Origin: an uncultured Nitrospinota bacterium | GTDB taxonomy: Bacteria > Tectomicrobia > Entotheonellia > J063 > CAVPRW01 | Direction: 5' to 3' | Assembly (NCBI GenBank): GCA_963707985.1 | Contig: CAVPRW010000010.1 | Location: 32,001 to 96,000 of the forward strand | Length of the DNA: 64,000 bases | Shown here: positions 28,242 to 41,717 of the stretch, piece by piece | Layout: every line of letters begins with the position of its first letter | Numbering within the stretch: position 1 is the stretch's first letter | Position numbers and translations under genes: made by a program | Notes under the pieces: model-generated | The model's database searches: none | What the model was told of the DNA's origin: nothing | The model's input: the letters and a program-made list of their open reading frames with translations, nothing else

Positions 28242-29462
28242 TCATTCGTACCTGAGAGCCTGGATAGGATCGAGCTGTGCCGCTTTGCGAGCCGGGTAGA
28301 AGCCAAAAAAGATCCCTACCGCGCCGGAGAAGATAAACGCTAAGGCGATGGCATCCCAGGACACCAACGACGGCCATGCGGCCAGAGAGCTGATCAGTTT
28401 CGACCCACTCACCCCGAGGCCGATGCCGACGAGCCCCCCAATGAAGCTCAGCATCATCGCTTCTACCAGAAACTGCCACAAAATATCGCGCTTTTTCGCA
28501 CCCACGGCCATGCGAATGCCGATCTCCCGCGTGCGTTCGGTAACCGACACCAGCATGATATTCATGATCCCAATGCCACCGACCAACAGTGAAATTGAGG
28601 CGATGCTCCCCAACAGCAAGGTCATGGTCCGTGAGCTTTCTTCTTCGGCAACCGCCACTTCGGCCAGCGGTTGTATCGAGAAATCATTGTCCCGCCAGGG
28701 TAGGAGCCGGTGACGTTGTCGCAGGAGAGCGGTGATCTGCTCTATGGCCTCTGTCATCATCTCATTGCTCACGGCCGACGCCAGGATGGAATGGATGTGC
28801 GTGATACCCATGATTTTTTTTTGGGCTGTGGTGTACGGCATGAAAATGATATCGTCCTGATCCTGCCCCTGGGTTGATTGCCCTTTTGGTGCCAGCAAGC
28901 CAACGACCTTAAAGGGCATGTTCTTCATTTGCATCACCTGCCCTACCGGGTCCATACTGCCGAAGAGCCAATCCGCCACGGTTTGCCCCAGCACCGCCAC
29001 TTTTGCGGCCGCGTCGACATCTTGTTGCGTAAACCAATTTCCCGAGGCTAACGACCACTCCCGGATGTTCGGGTATTCGATGCCGGTCCCCTGGATAGTG
29101 GTCGCCCAGTTCTGATTTGCGTAGACGACCTGTGTCACAGTGCGCACGGATGACGTGGCATAGGCAATGGCAGGGCATTCTTGCTGGATCGCTTTCACAT
29201 CCGCGGGCCGCAGAGTAGCGCGACCACCCCACCCGAGGCGCACCCCGCTTTGCGTGGTTGAACCCGGCAGGATCACCAGGGAGTTGGCTCCCAGGCTGGC
29301 GATTTTGGCCCTGATAGAGGCATGCGCTCCTTGCCCGATAGCGACCATGGCGATGACCGCGCCGACGCCGATGATGACCCCGAGCATGGTCAGCAGTGAG
29401 CGCAGCAGATTTCGCCCCAGCGCGCGTTTGGCGATCTTAATAGCCATGAACAGCCGCATCAT
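28242..29462 (-). CDS. MacB/FtsX-type ABC transporter permease (no NBD)
   Basis: LRSLLTMLGVIIGV, GGIGIMNIMLVSVTERTREIGIRMAVGA and LDPIQALRYE. Confidence 0.93.
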   Translation of the reverse strand: MMRLFMAIKIAKRALGRNLLRSLLTMLGVIIGVGAVIAMVAIGQGAHASIRAKIASLGANSLVILPGSTTQSGVRLGWGGRATLRPADVKAIQQECPAIAYATSSVRTVTQVVYANQNWATTIQGTGIEYPNIREWSLASGNWFTQQDVDAAAKVAVLGQTVADWLFGSMDPVGQVMQMKNMPFKVVGLLAPKGQSTQGQDQDDIIFMPYTTAQKKIMGITHIHSILASAVSNEMMTEAIEQITALLRQRHRLLPWRDNDFSIQPLAEVAVAEEESSRTMTLLLGSIASISLLVGGIGIMNIMLVSVTERTREIGIRMAVGAKKRDILWQFLVEAMMLSFIGGLVGIGLGVSGSKLISSLAAWPSLVSWDAIALAFIFSGAVGIFFGFYPARKAAQLDPIQALRYE

Positions 29463-29481
29463 CGTACGTTCTCCAAGCCCC

Positions 29482-30939
29482 CTAGAACCGCAACCGTGGT
29501 GGGCCTGACGTGGTCGACGGCCGAGATGCTCCCCCTCCGACGCGCCCATCCTTGTCCATGAGCCCTGTCACTAATTCTTGTCCTGCCTGGAGGCCATCGC
29601 TGATCAATTCGGTGAACTGGTCATCGCTAATCCCGAGACGCACCGCGACCGGGTGCAAGAACCCCTCTGGTGTCAGAATCCAGACCTTCGGCGTGTTCTG
29701 CCAACGCTTGCGCTGAGCTTCCGAGACCGCCGCGGGACCATCGCGAGACCCACCGTCGCGGCGTTCACGGAGGTATCGTTCAAGGTCCTCACGTTCTTCC
29801 TCGCTGAGCTTCGGCTGAAAGCGCAGGGCTACCTTGGGGATTTTCAGCACCTGCTCGCGCTGCGCGACTAGAATCGAGACACTGGCGGTCATCCCAGGTC
29901 TGAGCTTGAGCTCGGGATTGTTGACGGTGATCACCGTATTGTAGTTCACGACGCTTTGTACGACGATGGGTGCCTGACGGATCTCTCGTACGGTCCCTTG
30001 AAACGTTTGATTTGGAAAGGCATCGACGGTGAACGTCGCCGTCTGGCCGATCGCTACATTGCCGATGTCCGCTTCACTAACGTTGGTGTCGACCTGCATC
30101 TTAGTCAGATCCTGAGCGATCGTGAACAAGGTTGGCGCCTGGAGGCTGGCGGCCACCGTCTGGCCGATATCCACATTGCGCGAGATGACCGTACCATTGA
30201 TGGGTGAGCGAATGATGGTGCGGTCCAGATCGACTCGTGCCTGTTCCAATGCCGCCTGGGCTTGGCTGACCTGAGCTCTGGCTTTATCAACCTGGGCGCC
30301 AGCGCTGCGCAATTGCGCCTGGGCCGCCCGCAGTTTCGCCTCGGCCGCGTCGACTTGCGCTCGGGCGGCATTCCGCTGGGCCCCCGCGGTATCATAGGCC
30401 GATTGCGCCGCGTCGAGCTCGCTACGAGACGTGAGCTGGCGTGCGAAGAGCGTCCGATGACGTTCCAGATCGCGCTTGGCGTCGGCGCTCTCCACCTGTA
30501 CCCGCTCGACATTGGCACGTTGGTTGGCCACCTCGGCACGGGCATTTTCGATCGACGCCGCAACATTGACCACATTGGCCTGGGCGTTCTTGAGATCGGC
30601 ACGGGCGTTCTCCAAGCTCGCGTCCGCCTGGGCGACTTTGGCTCGGAAGCTCGCCTGGTCTAACTGGGCGACGACCTGCCCGTCGTGTACCGCGGAGTTA
30701 TAATCGGCAAAGAGCCTTTCTATGGTCCCTGAGATCTGCGTGCCGACCTGCACCATGATCACGGGATTGAGCGTGCCCGTTGCCGATACAAAGGCGGAAA
30801 TCTCTCCTTGCTCCACAGCGGCCAAGCGATAATTCGCCCCGTTCGGTTGCCCCCAAAAATACTCTCGACTCCCCCAGCCGGCGGTACCCAGCAGCGCGAG
30901 GGCGCCTAATGCCAGTCCAATTTTCCAATGTTTGAACAC
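29482..30939 (-). CDS. MacA-like periplasmic adaptor
   Basis: VSATGTLNP, VGTQISG, a long coiled coil, GQTVAASLQAPTLF and LRPGMTA. Confidence 0.92.
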   Translation of the reverse strand: MFKHWKIGLALGALALLGTAGWGSREYFWGQPNGANYRLAAVEQGEISAFVSATGTLNPVIMVQVGTQISGTIERLFADYNSAVHDGQVVAQLDQASFRAKVAQADASLENARADLKNAQANVVNVAASIENARAEVANQRANVERVQVESADAKRDLERHRTLFARQLTSRSELDAAQSAYDTAGAQRNAARAQVDAAEAKLRAAQAQLRSAGAQVDKARAQVSQAQAALEQARVDLDRTIIRSPINGTVISRNVDIGQTVAASLQAPTLFTIAQDLTKMQVDTNVSEADIGNVAIGQTATFTVDAFPNQTFQGTVREIRQAPIVVQSVVNYNTVITVNNPELKLRPGMTASVSILVAQREQVLKIPKVALRFQPKLSEEEREDLERYLRERRDGGSRDGPAAVSEAQRKRWQNTPKVWILTPEGFLHPVAVRLGISDDQFTELISDGLQAGQELVTGLMDKDGRVGGGASRPSTTSGPPRLRF

Positions 30940-30945
30940 AGTGAC

Positions 30946-32634
30946 TTACTCCAACAAACCCATGGCCTTCCGTAACCGTGCTTCGGAGACTTTAAAATCC
31001 ACAATAGCTTGGATATTCTCACTCTCTGCCTGAGTCAATAAAAACTCGGCGTCCGTGACATCGATGAGTGGTCCAACGCCCACCTGATATCGGCCCTGTG
31101 CCAAAGCGAGGTTTTCGCGTGCTTGCTCCAGCAAGACCTCTGCGGTGCGGATGCGTTCGCGTGCCGACACTAGGTCCACGAAGCTTTGCTGCACCTCAAG
31201 CACGATATTCTGGGCGGTGATTTCCTCGCTGGCTTGCGCACTGGCGAGATTGGCGGCCGCCTGATCGACCTGCGAAAACAGCGGTGGGTTGAGGACTGGC
31301 ACTGTCAACGTACCCCCGACCGTCCAGTTGGGAGCCCACGGTAGTTCTTGGCCACGATAAGTCCAGTTGGCATCGGCGGAGAGGCTCGGGAGAAAGTTGC
31401 GCTTGGAGAGGGTGAGGTTCGCCTCTGCCGAACGAATGCGAGCGTTCAAAGCCCGGAGCTCGGTCCGATTTTCCAGGGCTATACGGGTGCTCTCTTCCAA
31501 GGTCGCCACCAGTTCCTCAGGGTTGACGGCCTGCGGTGGAATCTCCAATTCGTCGGGCACCCGGTAAAATGGATGCTCTGGCACCCCGATGGCGTTATTG
31601 AGAGCCGCAAAGTTCACGGCAACGGCGTTGCGCGCCCGCACCAGCGCGAGCTCGGCATTGGCGAGGTCCACTTGCGCACGCGTGACGTCGATTTTGGGGC
31701 GTGTTCCCACTTCATAGAAGCCCCGGGCGCGCTCCAGGAGCTGGATGTTGCGTTGCACCGCACCCTGATTGACATCGACCAGGCGACGGGCGAGCAAGTA
31801 GTTATAGTAAGCGGTCTGGACATTCAGCACCACATCCTGCCGGGTCGTGGACAGGTCGAATTTCGCCGCAGTTTGGTCGTCCCGGGCTGCCTGAACGTTC
31901 CACTCCCGACGGAACGAATCGAACACGTTCTGGCTGAACCGGGCCGCGAATTCCTGTCGGTCCACAGATGAATTACTGACACTCCGATTTGTGATGTTCC
32001 CCGTGGTAGCGTTGACTCCCCCGGCGACATTCGACGTCTGGCGGGCATAGAGCATCGTGGTGCCAACCTGCGGGAAATACCCGGATCGCGCGATACCGAG
32101 ACGCGCATCAGCGCCTTCGAGTGCCGCCTGTGCGGAGCGGATGCGGGGCTGATTATCGCGGGCAATCTGGATCAGTTGCTCCAACTGCATGACCGGCAGT
32201 TCGGGAGCCATCAAGGGGCTAGGTGGCAAACGCTCTGGAAATCCTGCCGCGGGTGGCGGCAACACGGCTGGCTGTCTACCCAGTGTTGGCACCTCCCCAG
32301 GTTCCTGGGCTGGCGATGTCTGGCCGCGGGGGGGAAGCTCGGATGGAGCCGCTGCCTGGGACTGAGGTGCTGTGCGGGTCGGAGTGCTTAGGGTCTCGGT
32401 CGACACCGCGCCCCGAGTCAGCTGGGTTGATGGCAAGGTCCCTGTCCCGGCATTAGCGGTTGTGGGAGACTGTTCTGCACGCATGAGCGGCGATGGCCGT
32501 CCAGGCGGACGACTTGGGAGAGGGCGGAGGGATGCATTCACGTCAGAATTCATGTGCGATGCGCAGCCGACGATGAACGCCAGTATGAGTCCACTACCTA
32601 TCGTGAACGCCAGCCTGCTCTTCTCGTGAAACAT
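30946..32634 (-). CDS. TolC-family outer-membrane protein with a long Pro-rich N-terminal extension
   Basis: Lipobox-like IVGC, about 120 aa rich in Pro/Ser/Thr, then OEP repeats (FYEVGTRPKIDVTRAQ; RYQVGVGPLIDVTDA). Confidence 0.9.
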   Translation of the reverse strand: MFHEKSRLAFTIGSGLILAFIVGCASHMNSDVNASLRPLPSRPPGRPSPLMRAEQSPTTANAGTGTLPSTQLTRGAVSTETLSTPTRTAPQSQAAAPSELPPRGQTSPAQEPGEVPTLGRQPAVLPPPAAGFPERLPPSPLMAPELPVMQLEQLIQIARDNQPRIRSAQAALEGADARLGIARSGYFPQVGTTMLYARQTSNVAGGVNATTGNITNRSVSNSSVDRQEFAARFSQNVFDSFRREWNVQAARDDQTAAKFDLSTTRQDVVLNVQTAYYNYLLARRLVDVNQGAVQRNIQLLERARGFYEVGTRPKIDVTRAQVDLANAELALVRARNAVAVNFAALNNAIGVPEHPFYRVPDELEIPPQAVNPEELVATLEESTRIALENRTELRALNARIRSAEANLTLSKRNFLPSLSADANWTYRGQELPWAPNWTVGGTLTVPVLNPPLFSQVDQAAANLASAQASEEITAQNIVLEVQQSFVDLVSARERIRTAEVLLEQARENLALAQGRYQVGVGPLIDVTDAEFLLTQAESENIQAIVDFKVSEARLRKAMGLLE

Positions 32635-32880
32635 CCGCTCGGATCTCCTCTTACATGGTAAATCGTCATGCCTTAATGCGACATCCTACCTTTCCATGCC
32701 AGCTTCATGATCCGTCACAGGAGATGACGCGTCGCTGCTCCCGTGGGTGACAGAGCATCTCCATGGCCACTTCCCTGACATCTCCCCGCTGACATTTCTG
32801 GAGGTGTCCGGCGGGATGCATGCAGGAGTGTCCGAAGTGCGATGCCGCAACAGGAATATTTGGCCAGGGGCAAGCTCTAC

Positions 32881-33375
32881 CTAAAGATAGGCTAACATAC
32901 GTCCACAGGCAATCACTCCAACCCATAGGACAAGGGAGAGGGCCGCGGCGACCTTGGCGGAGGTAGGAATAGTCACGTTCTTGTTCCAGTTCCTGACCGA
33001 TTGAAAGGGCCCTCGGTGAAACCCCGCGGCATTCAGGCCGGCGACGATGATGGGCAGCAATTTGAGGCGGAAGGCGGGATTCTCGGCCATCTCAGTGGCA
33101 TGTGCCATGACCATAAGAAGGCCAGCAGGGATCACCAGCAGGAGGCTTAAGCGCGCCCAACGCCATAAGTGCTGGGCGAGATCGGCCACTGGCAGCTGTC
33201 GCGAGCAACCGAGCAGCCGCAGGTCAAACATAGCTGCTGCCCCCACTAAGATCACAAAGCCAACGATGTGCACGATCTCAACGGCCGGGTAGAGCCAGAG
33301 CCATTGCCGCAGAGCAATCGCCACTGCGCATCCCTCAAGCCAGACCCACCATGCCGGTCCAACGACCTCGTGCAT
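32881..33375 (-). CDS. DUF6644-like 4-TM membrane protein
   Basis: WLYPAVEIVHIVG...FDLRLLG...NPAFRLKL...GRMLAYL. Confidence 0.75.
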   Translation of the reverse strand: MHEVVGPAWWVWLEGCAVAIALRQWLWLYPAVEIVHIVGFVILVGAAAMFDLRLLGCSRQLPVADLAQHLWRWARLSLLLVIPAGLLMVMAHATEMAENPAFRLKLLPIIVAGLNAAGFHRGPFQSVRNWNKNVTIPTSAKVAAALSLVLWVGVIACGRMLAYL

Positions 33376-33504
33376 AAGCGGAGCTCCGCGGTTTTTCCTT
33401 GAATCGTGATGCGCTCTGCCCGCATTTCTCGCGCTTCACTCCGATGCGGTAATAGCGACCAAGGCAAGCCCCAATGCAACAGTAAGGCTCCGCTTCGCCC
33501 CCAT
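33376..33504 (-). pseudogene. DUF6152-like secreted protein remnant with an internal deletion
   Basis: RBS GGAGG and signal peptide MGAKRSLTVALGLALVAITA, joined out of frame to the C-terminus PHRSEAREMRAERITIQGKTAELR. Confidence 0.6.
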
Positions 33505-33694
33505 GAAGATACCTCCGCTGATGAATGAACGCAAACTACCGAGGCATCCAGGCCTTCCTGGGTTGAGACAAATGCTTCGCCGGGATAATTCCTCCGGCTG
33601 AATCCCTCTGTGACATTTCGGCTACAAGGCCTCATGACAACGATCAATTCAGGAACGCCGATGCGCACGATCAGCGGGCAACCTGCTCCTGTGG

Positions 33695-35461
33695 TCACGT
33701 CTCGATGCCGCTTTGCTGACGCTTAGACTCCACTGGGAGGCCAGCCGCCTGCCACGCATTCCAACCACCGACCAAGGCACGTGCTTTGCCCCACCCCGCT
33801 TGTCTAAGCTCCTGCGCCACACGGGCGCTAGTGGCTTCCTGCGGTCAGGCACAGTATCCCACCAGCCAGACATCGCGTGGTAGATTGAGCTCAGACGCAC
33901 GATCGACTACATGATCGGGTGGGAGCCGCACCGCTTGGTGCGCCTGGGTCGAGCTCGGGTCGTACGTCCGATCGGTGCGGACATCAAGGATCACGACCGG
34001 TGCGCCGGCGTCCCACAGACGGCGCAGTTGCGGTATCGTGAGGCTTTCAGCTGGGGGGGCAGAAGCGTCGCCATCATTATCCTCAGCGCTCACGTTAATC
34101 GACTCGATTGGGCTTGAGGAAACGGCGGGATCCCATGGTGAGGTGAGGTGCGCAGGGGCGGCGACAGCGGTGTACCCATCATTGATCGGGTCTGACGCCG
34201 CCGGCACGCCTGGCAGGGGATGCTCGATCGCCACCTCTGCCGGCTCCATCTCTGGGTTTGGGGCACGGCGTCGAGGCCTATGACCCAGCAGCAACGGCGA
34301 TCCACCATGGACCACGACGGACAAGAGGACCACCAGGCAACAGATCGCAAACAGGTGTTCGCTCCCTGGCAGGCCGGCGAACACCGGCAACAGCACGAGC
34401 AAAAGCGAGCTCAGACCGCGCGGACCAAACCAAGCGATGAGAAAGGAATCCCCGCGGTCGACCCTGGAACCGGCCAATGAGAGGAGAAAGACCGGCGGTC
34501 TGACCAGGAGGACGACGACCGCAAAGGCCAACGTCGGCCAGGACAGCATTGTAAATCCGCTCCAGATCAACGAGGTGCCGAACAGCACAAAGGTGAACAA
34601 CAGCGCCATCTCAGCTGTCGCCCCGCCGTAGTCGATGAAACAGTCACAGAGCTCGACGTCGAGGGCTGCAATCGTAATCCCAGCGGCAAAGGCCGCCAGG
34701 AATCCACTCCCATGCACAGCTTCGGCGGCAGCATAGGCGGTGAACGCCACCCCAAGCGAGTAGACGGATTCGTAATCACGCCTGACCCCGAGGCGTCGGC
34801 GGATCAAGTCCAGCGTGGCAACCGATACCAGCCCCACGGCCACGCCAGCGCCTGGCCCCAGGATGAAGAGATCGATTCCCAATCGCGCCCAATCGGTGCC
34901 CGTCGGCATGGTCTCTTGGCCGAGAAAGGCCATGGCGATGATCAGCACGGGAAGTAGCACCACATCATTCAGACCACTCTCCAGACGCAGCGCTTGACGG
35001 ACAGTCCGTGGGATGTCTCGGCGTCCAAGCAAACTCCGCAGCAGCACCGGATCGGTTGAGGACAAGGCGGCTCCGAGAATGGTTGCGGCTGGCCAGGAAA
35101 GGTCCAATACCCACCATCCCGCCACCGCAATCAGCGCTGCCGACAGGAGCGTCCCCGGCCCCACGACTCGCAGGGCCAGAGTGGTATGGCGTTGCATCTC
35201 GGAGAGGTCGAGGGTCAACGCATCCGTGAAGAGGACCAGCGTCAGGCTCAGCGTCGCCACAATGCGCAGCGCTGGCGAGTCTAATCCCAGGTCAAGTACC
35301 CCTAACCCCGCGGGTCCCAACGCCGCACCCATGGCCAGAAACACTGCTACTTGGGGCATGCCGCTGCGCTCGACCAAACCTGAGAGCAAGGCGGACACCA
35401 TAATGACGATACCAAGCAGCGCCAGTGTGGCTGGGAACGACGCTGCAGCGAACATCTCCAT
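33695..35461 (-). CDS. CPA1 cation:proton antiporter fused to a C-terminal rhodanese-like domain; candidate selenoprotein (UGA at 33845-33847 read as Sec)
   Basis: CPA1 motifs LVLFTDA, LSSTDPV, LESGLND and WFGPRGLSS. The rhodanese part ILDVR...LVGYCA[TGA]PQEATSARVAQELRQAGW..ARALVGGWNAWQAAGLPVE stays in frame to the TGA at 33695-33697. Confidence 0.85.
33806..33837 (-). promoter_or_regulatory. Putative bacterial SECIS hairpin
   Basis: The mRNA 8-39 nt after the UGA can fold as AAGC-CA-CU-A-GCGCC[CGUGU]GGCGC-AG-GA-GCUU. The apical loop starts 22 nt after the UGA with G at its second position. Confidence 0.65.
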
Positions 35462-35494
35462 CGGGGACCATCCTCCATGGCAGGACTCAGCGTC

Positions 35495-38779
<3,285 letters not shown>

Positions 38780-38786
38780 AGACGTC

Positions 38787-39962
38787 TCACTCCACGATTG
38801 TGACTGCTTGGCCTGACTGCAAATTACCTGGCTCAACGACTACCATTTCACCGACCTTGACACCGCTGGTCACTTCCGTCCAGTCCCCCGTGCGCCGTCT
38901 GGTCGTGATCGGTTTTTCAAGCGCCTTGCCGTTCTGGACGACCACAACTTTCTCGATGCCGGCAAAGGTAACGATGGAGTTGGTGGGAATGGTGACGGCC
39001 ATGGTGTCATCGTTAATGACGATCTCGGCCCTGGCGAACAGCCCAGGACGTAACGACCCATCATTGGCCACTTCCGCCTCAACGATGAGCATGCGCGTTT
39101 GCGGCGTGATGACCGGGCTTAACCGTGCGATGCGCCCTAGGTACACATTGGGATCGCCCTCAGTGGTGACGCGCACGCTCTGCCCAATTCGTACCTGTTG
39201 CGCCTCCCGTTCGGGGACCTCAACACGCAGGCGCAATGGGTTCATGCGTACAACGGTGGCGACCGGAGCGCCGGCCCCGAGATATTCGCCGATGCTTGCC
39301 CGCTTCTCCTGGATCGCCCCATCGAATGGGGCTTGGATGGCGGTGTCGGCCAGTTGCTGGCGGGCCAATGCCAGCTCAGTGCGACGCTGCGCCACTAATG
39401 ATTGACGAATCTGTACTTCTTCGATGGCATCCTCATACCGACTGACGGCAACCTTATAGGCCGACTCGGCACTGTCCAACAGGGAACGCGCCACAATCCC
39501 CTGATCGAACAGCGTGGCCTGCCGGTCACGATTGGTCTTGGCTTCCTCCAACAGGGCCCGGGCCTGACGCACTGTGCTCGTCTGCTCGGGCTCAATACGG
39601 TCGGAGTTCCCAGTTAAGGGGACTCCTAGACGGGCGCGCGCCTGGGCTAACGCGGCTTCAGCTTGCTGGACGCGCAATTGGTAATCCTGTGGGTCGATCT
39701 GGGCGATCAACTGCCCTTGTTGTACCACACTCCCTAAATCCACGCTGATACTGCGCAGGCGTCCAGGTACTTTGACGCTGACGGTCGCTTGATCGAAAGC
39801 GGCTAGAGAGCCAAGAGCGACCGTCGAACGTTCCATGGGCTTCTCAGCCACCGGCGTCACCCGTACTTGCCTAGCGGGCGACGCGTCCTGTCCGGTTCGG
39901 CTGGGTTGGGTGGCAGCCGTGGAGTCGCCTCTGCAGCCTGTGCATGCCAGAACTACCGCCAT
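38787..39962 (-). CDS. RND periplasmic adaptor (MFP)
   Basis: VSVKVPGRL, LADTAIQAPFDG and LRPGLFARA; the start is uncertain. Confidence 0.9.
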   Translation of the reverse strand: MAVVLACTGCRGDSTAATQPSRTGQDASPARQVRVTPVAEKPMERSTVALGSLAAFDQATVSVKVPGRLRSISVDLGSVVQQGQLIAQIDPQDYQLRVQQAEAALAQARARLGVPLTGNSDRIEPEQTSTVRQARALLEEAKTNRDRQATLFDQGIVARSLLDSAESAYKVAVSRYEDAIEEVQIRQSLVAQRRTELALARQQLADTAIQAPFDGAIQEKRASIGEYLGAGAPVATVVRMNPLRLRVEVPEREAQQVRIGQSVRVTTEGDPNVYLGRIARLSPVITPQTRMLIVEAEVANDGSLRPGLFARAEIVINDDTMAVTIPTNSIVTFAGIEKVVVVQNGKALEKPITTRRRTGDWTEVTSGVKVGEMVVVEPGNLQSGQAVTIVE

Positions 39963-40367
39963 GGCCAGGATGGCAAGCGGGAATCGACGGCAGGCCCCCA
40001 GCAGCCATGGTGAGAGCCGTGGCCTGCCACTGGTAAATCGCGCCGTCGCTAGCGACTGGATCGCTGCGATCGGTCCTACTACTGCAAAACCTCCACATAC
40101 CTATCCTGGGCATGTGTTGAAACTCCCTCATCGCTGCCGATCAACTATGTGTCGGGCAAGGTCCGCTCTGGAAGAGACACCATTTGACAATTATCGCATA
40201 AAGTAACTTAAGATGGTACTTTTCAACGCACAATCGTGATGTTAGGGGCGTCAGGAGGCTTCCTGCAAGGTATGGCGAGGGCTGTTCATACCGTTGGGAC
40301 AGGCATGCACAACGACCCGGAAGAAGTCGTGGTATACCGGTGGGGCTGATGCGACTCCGCAGCTCTC

Positions 40368-41717
40368 TTAGGCCTCGTAACGGGCCAATTTTCGATACAG
40401 GGTTGAGAGGTTGATGCCCAGGATCTGGGAGGCTTTGACCTTATCGCCACTCACTTTCTGAAGGACTTTCTTGATATGTTGCTCCTCCAACGCGTCAAGC
40501 GTCATCTCGTACTCGTCCAAATCACGGATGGCAATCTTCACCTGAGTGAGCTTGTCCGGTAGATCAGTCCTCTCAATGAGATCTTCTTCGCAGAGGGCGA
40601 CCGCGCGTTCGATCATATTTTCCAGCTCGCGGACGTTACCAGGCCAGTCATAATTGACTAGCGCCTGCATGGCCTCGCGCAAGATTTTGACGGACGGTTT
40701 CGCGAGACGCTGGGCATACTTTTGGAGAAAATGGTTCACCAGCAAGGGGACATCTTCCTTCCGATCCCGGAGCGGCGGCAAGGGGATGGTGATCACATTG
40801 ATCCGATAAAACAAGTCCTCCCGGAAGGTGCCTTTTCTCACCTCATCTTCGAGCAGCCGGTTGGTTGCGGCAATGAGCCGAACATCGAAGCGCAGCGGCT
40901 CACGTCCGCCCACGGGAATGACCTCACGCTCTTGAATGGCGCGCAACAGTTTGACCTGCAAGCTATGCGAAACCTCGCTGATCTCATCAAGAAACAAGGT
41001 GCCTTTGTCGGCCTTCCTGAAGAATCCCTCCTGGTTGGCAATAGCGCCAGTAAACGCTCCTTTGAGATGCCCAAAGAGCTCGCTCTCCAGAAGGTTTTCC
41101 GTCAGCGCCCCGCAGTTCACGGCGACAAAGGGTCGATCGGAGCGTTCGGAGTTATAATGGATGGCCCGGGCGACTAGCTCTTTGCCGGTACCTGTCTCCC
41201 CGACGATGAGCACATTGCTGGAAATGCCCGATACCTTTTCAATGAGGCGATAGACCTTTTCCATCGCCTCACTATTGCCCACGATATTTTCAAATCGGTA
41301 GCGTTCCCGCAATTCACGTTTGAGGTGACGGTTTTCGCGTGATAAATGCCGCTGGTTCAGGGCCCGGCGCAGCATGACGCGGATCTCGTCGTTGATGAAG
41401 GGTTTGGTCAAATAGTCATATGCCCCCTTGCGCATGGCCTCGACGGCGGTCTCCACTGAGGCATAGGCAGTCATGACGATGACCACGATCTCCTGGTCAA
41501 AGGTGCGAACTTCAGTCAGCAATTGCAATCCATTCATGCCCGTCAGCCGGAGATCGGTCAATACCAGATCAATCGTCTGCTCCTGCAGCAGTTTCAACGC
41601 CTCCTCGCCGCTGGATGCCTGAAAAATGTGGTAATGCTCACCGGCCAAGATCTTCGTCATGAGCTCGCGCATCAAGTCATCGTCTTCAACGAGTAGTATG
41701 CGTTCGCCGCCTGCCAT
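40368..41717 (-). CDS. Sigma54-dependent response regulator (NtrC/AtoC family)
   Basis: REC domain (VEDD, TDLRL, KPF), GETGTGKELVA, GAFTGA, WPGNVRELEN and a Fis-type HTH. Confidence 0.95.
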   Translation of the reverse strand: MAGGERILLVEDDDLMRELMTKILAGEHYHIFQASSGEEALKLLQEQTIDLVLTDLRLTGMNGLQLLTEVRTFDQEIVVIVMTAYASVETAVEAMRKGAYDYLTKPFINDEIRVMLRRALNQRHLSRENRHLKRELRERYRFENIVGNSEAMEKVYRLIEKVSGISSNVLIVGETGTGKELVARAIHYNSERSDRPFVAVNCGALTENLLESELFGHLKGAFTGAIANQEGFFRKADKGTLFLDEISEVSHSLQVKLLRAIQEREVIPVGGREPLRFDVRLIAATNRLLEDEVRKGTFREDLFYRINVITIPLPPLRDRKEDVPLLVNHFLQKYAQRLAKPSVKILREAMQALVNYDWPGNVRELENMIERAVALCEEDLIERTDLPDKLTQVKIAIRDLDEYEMTLDALEEQHIKKVLQKVSGDKVKASQILGINLSTLYRKLARYEA

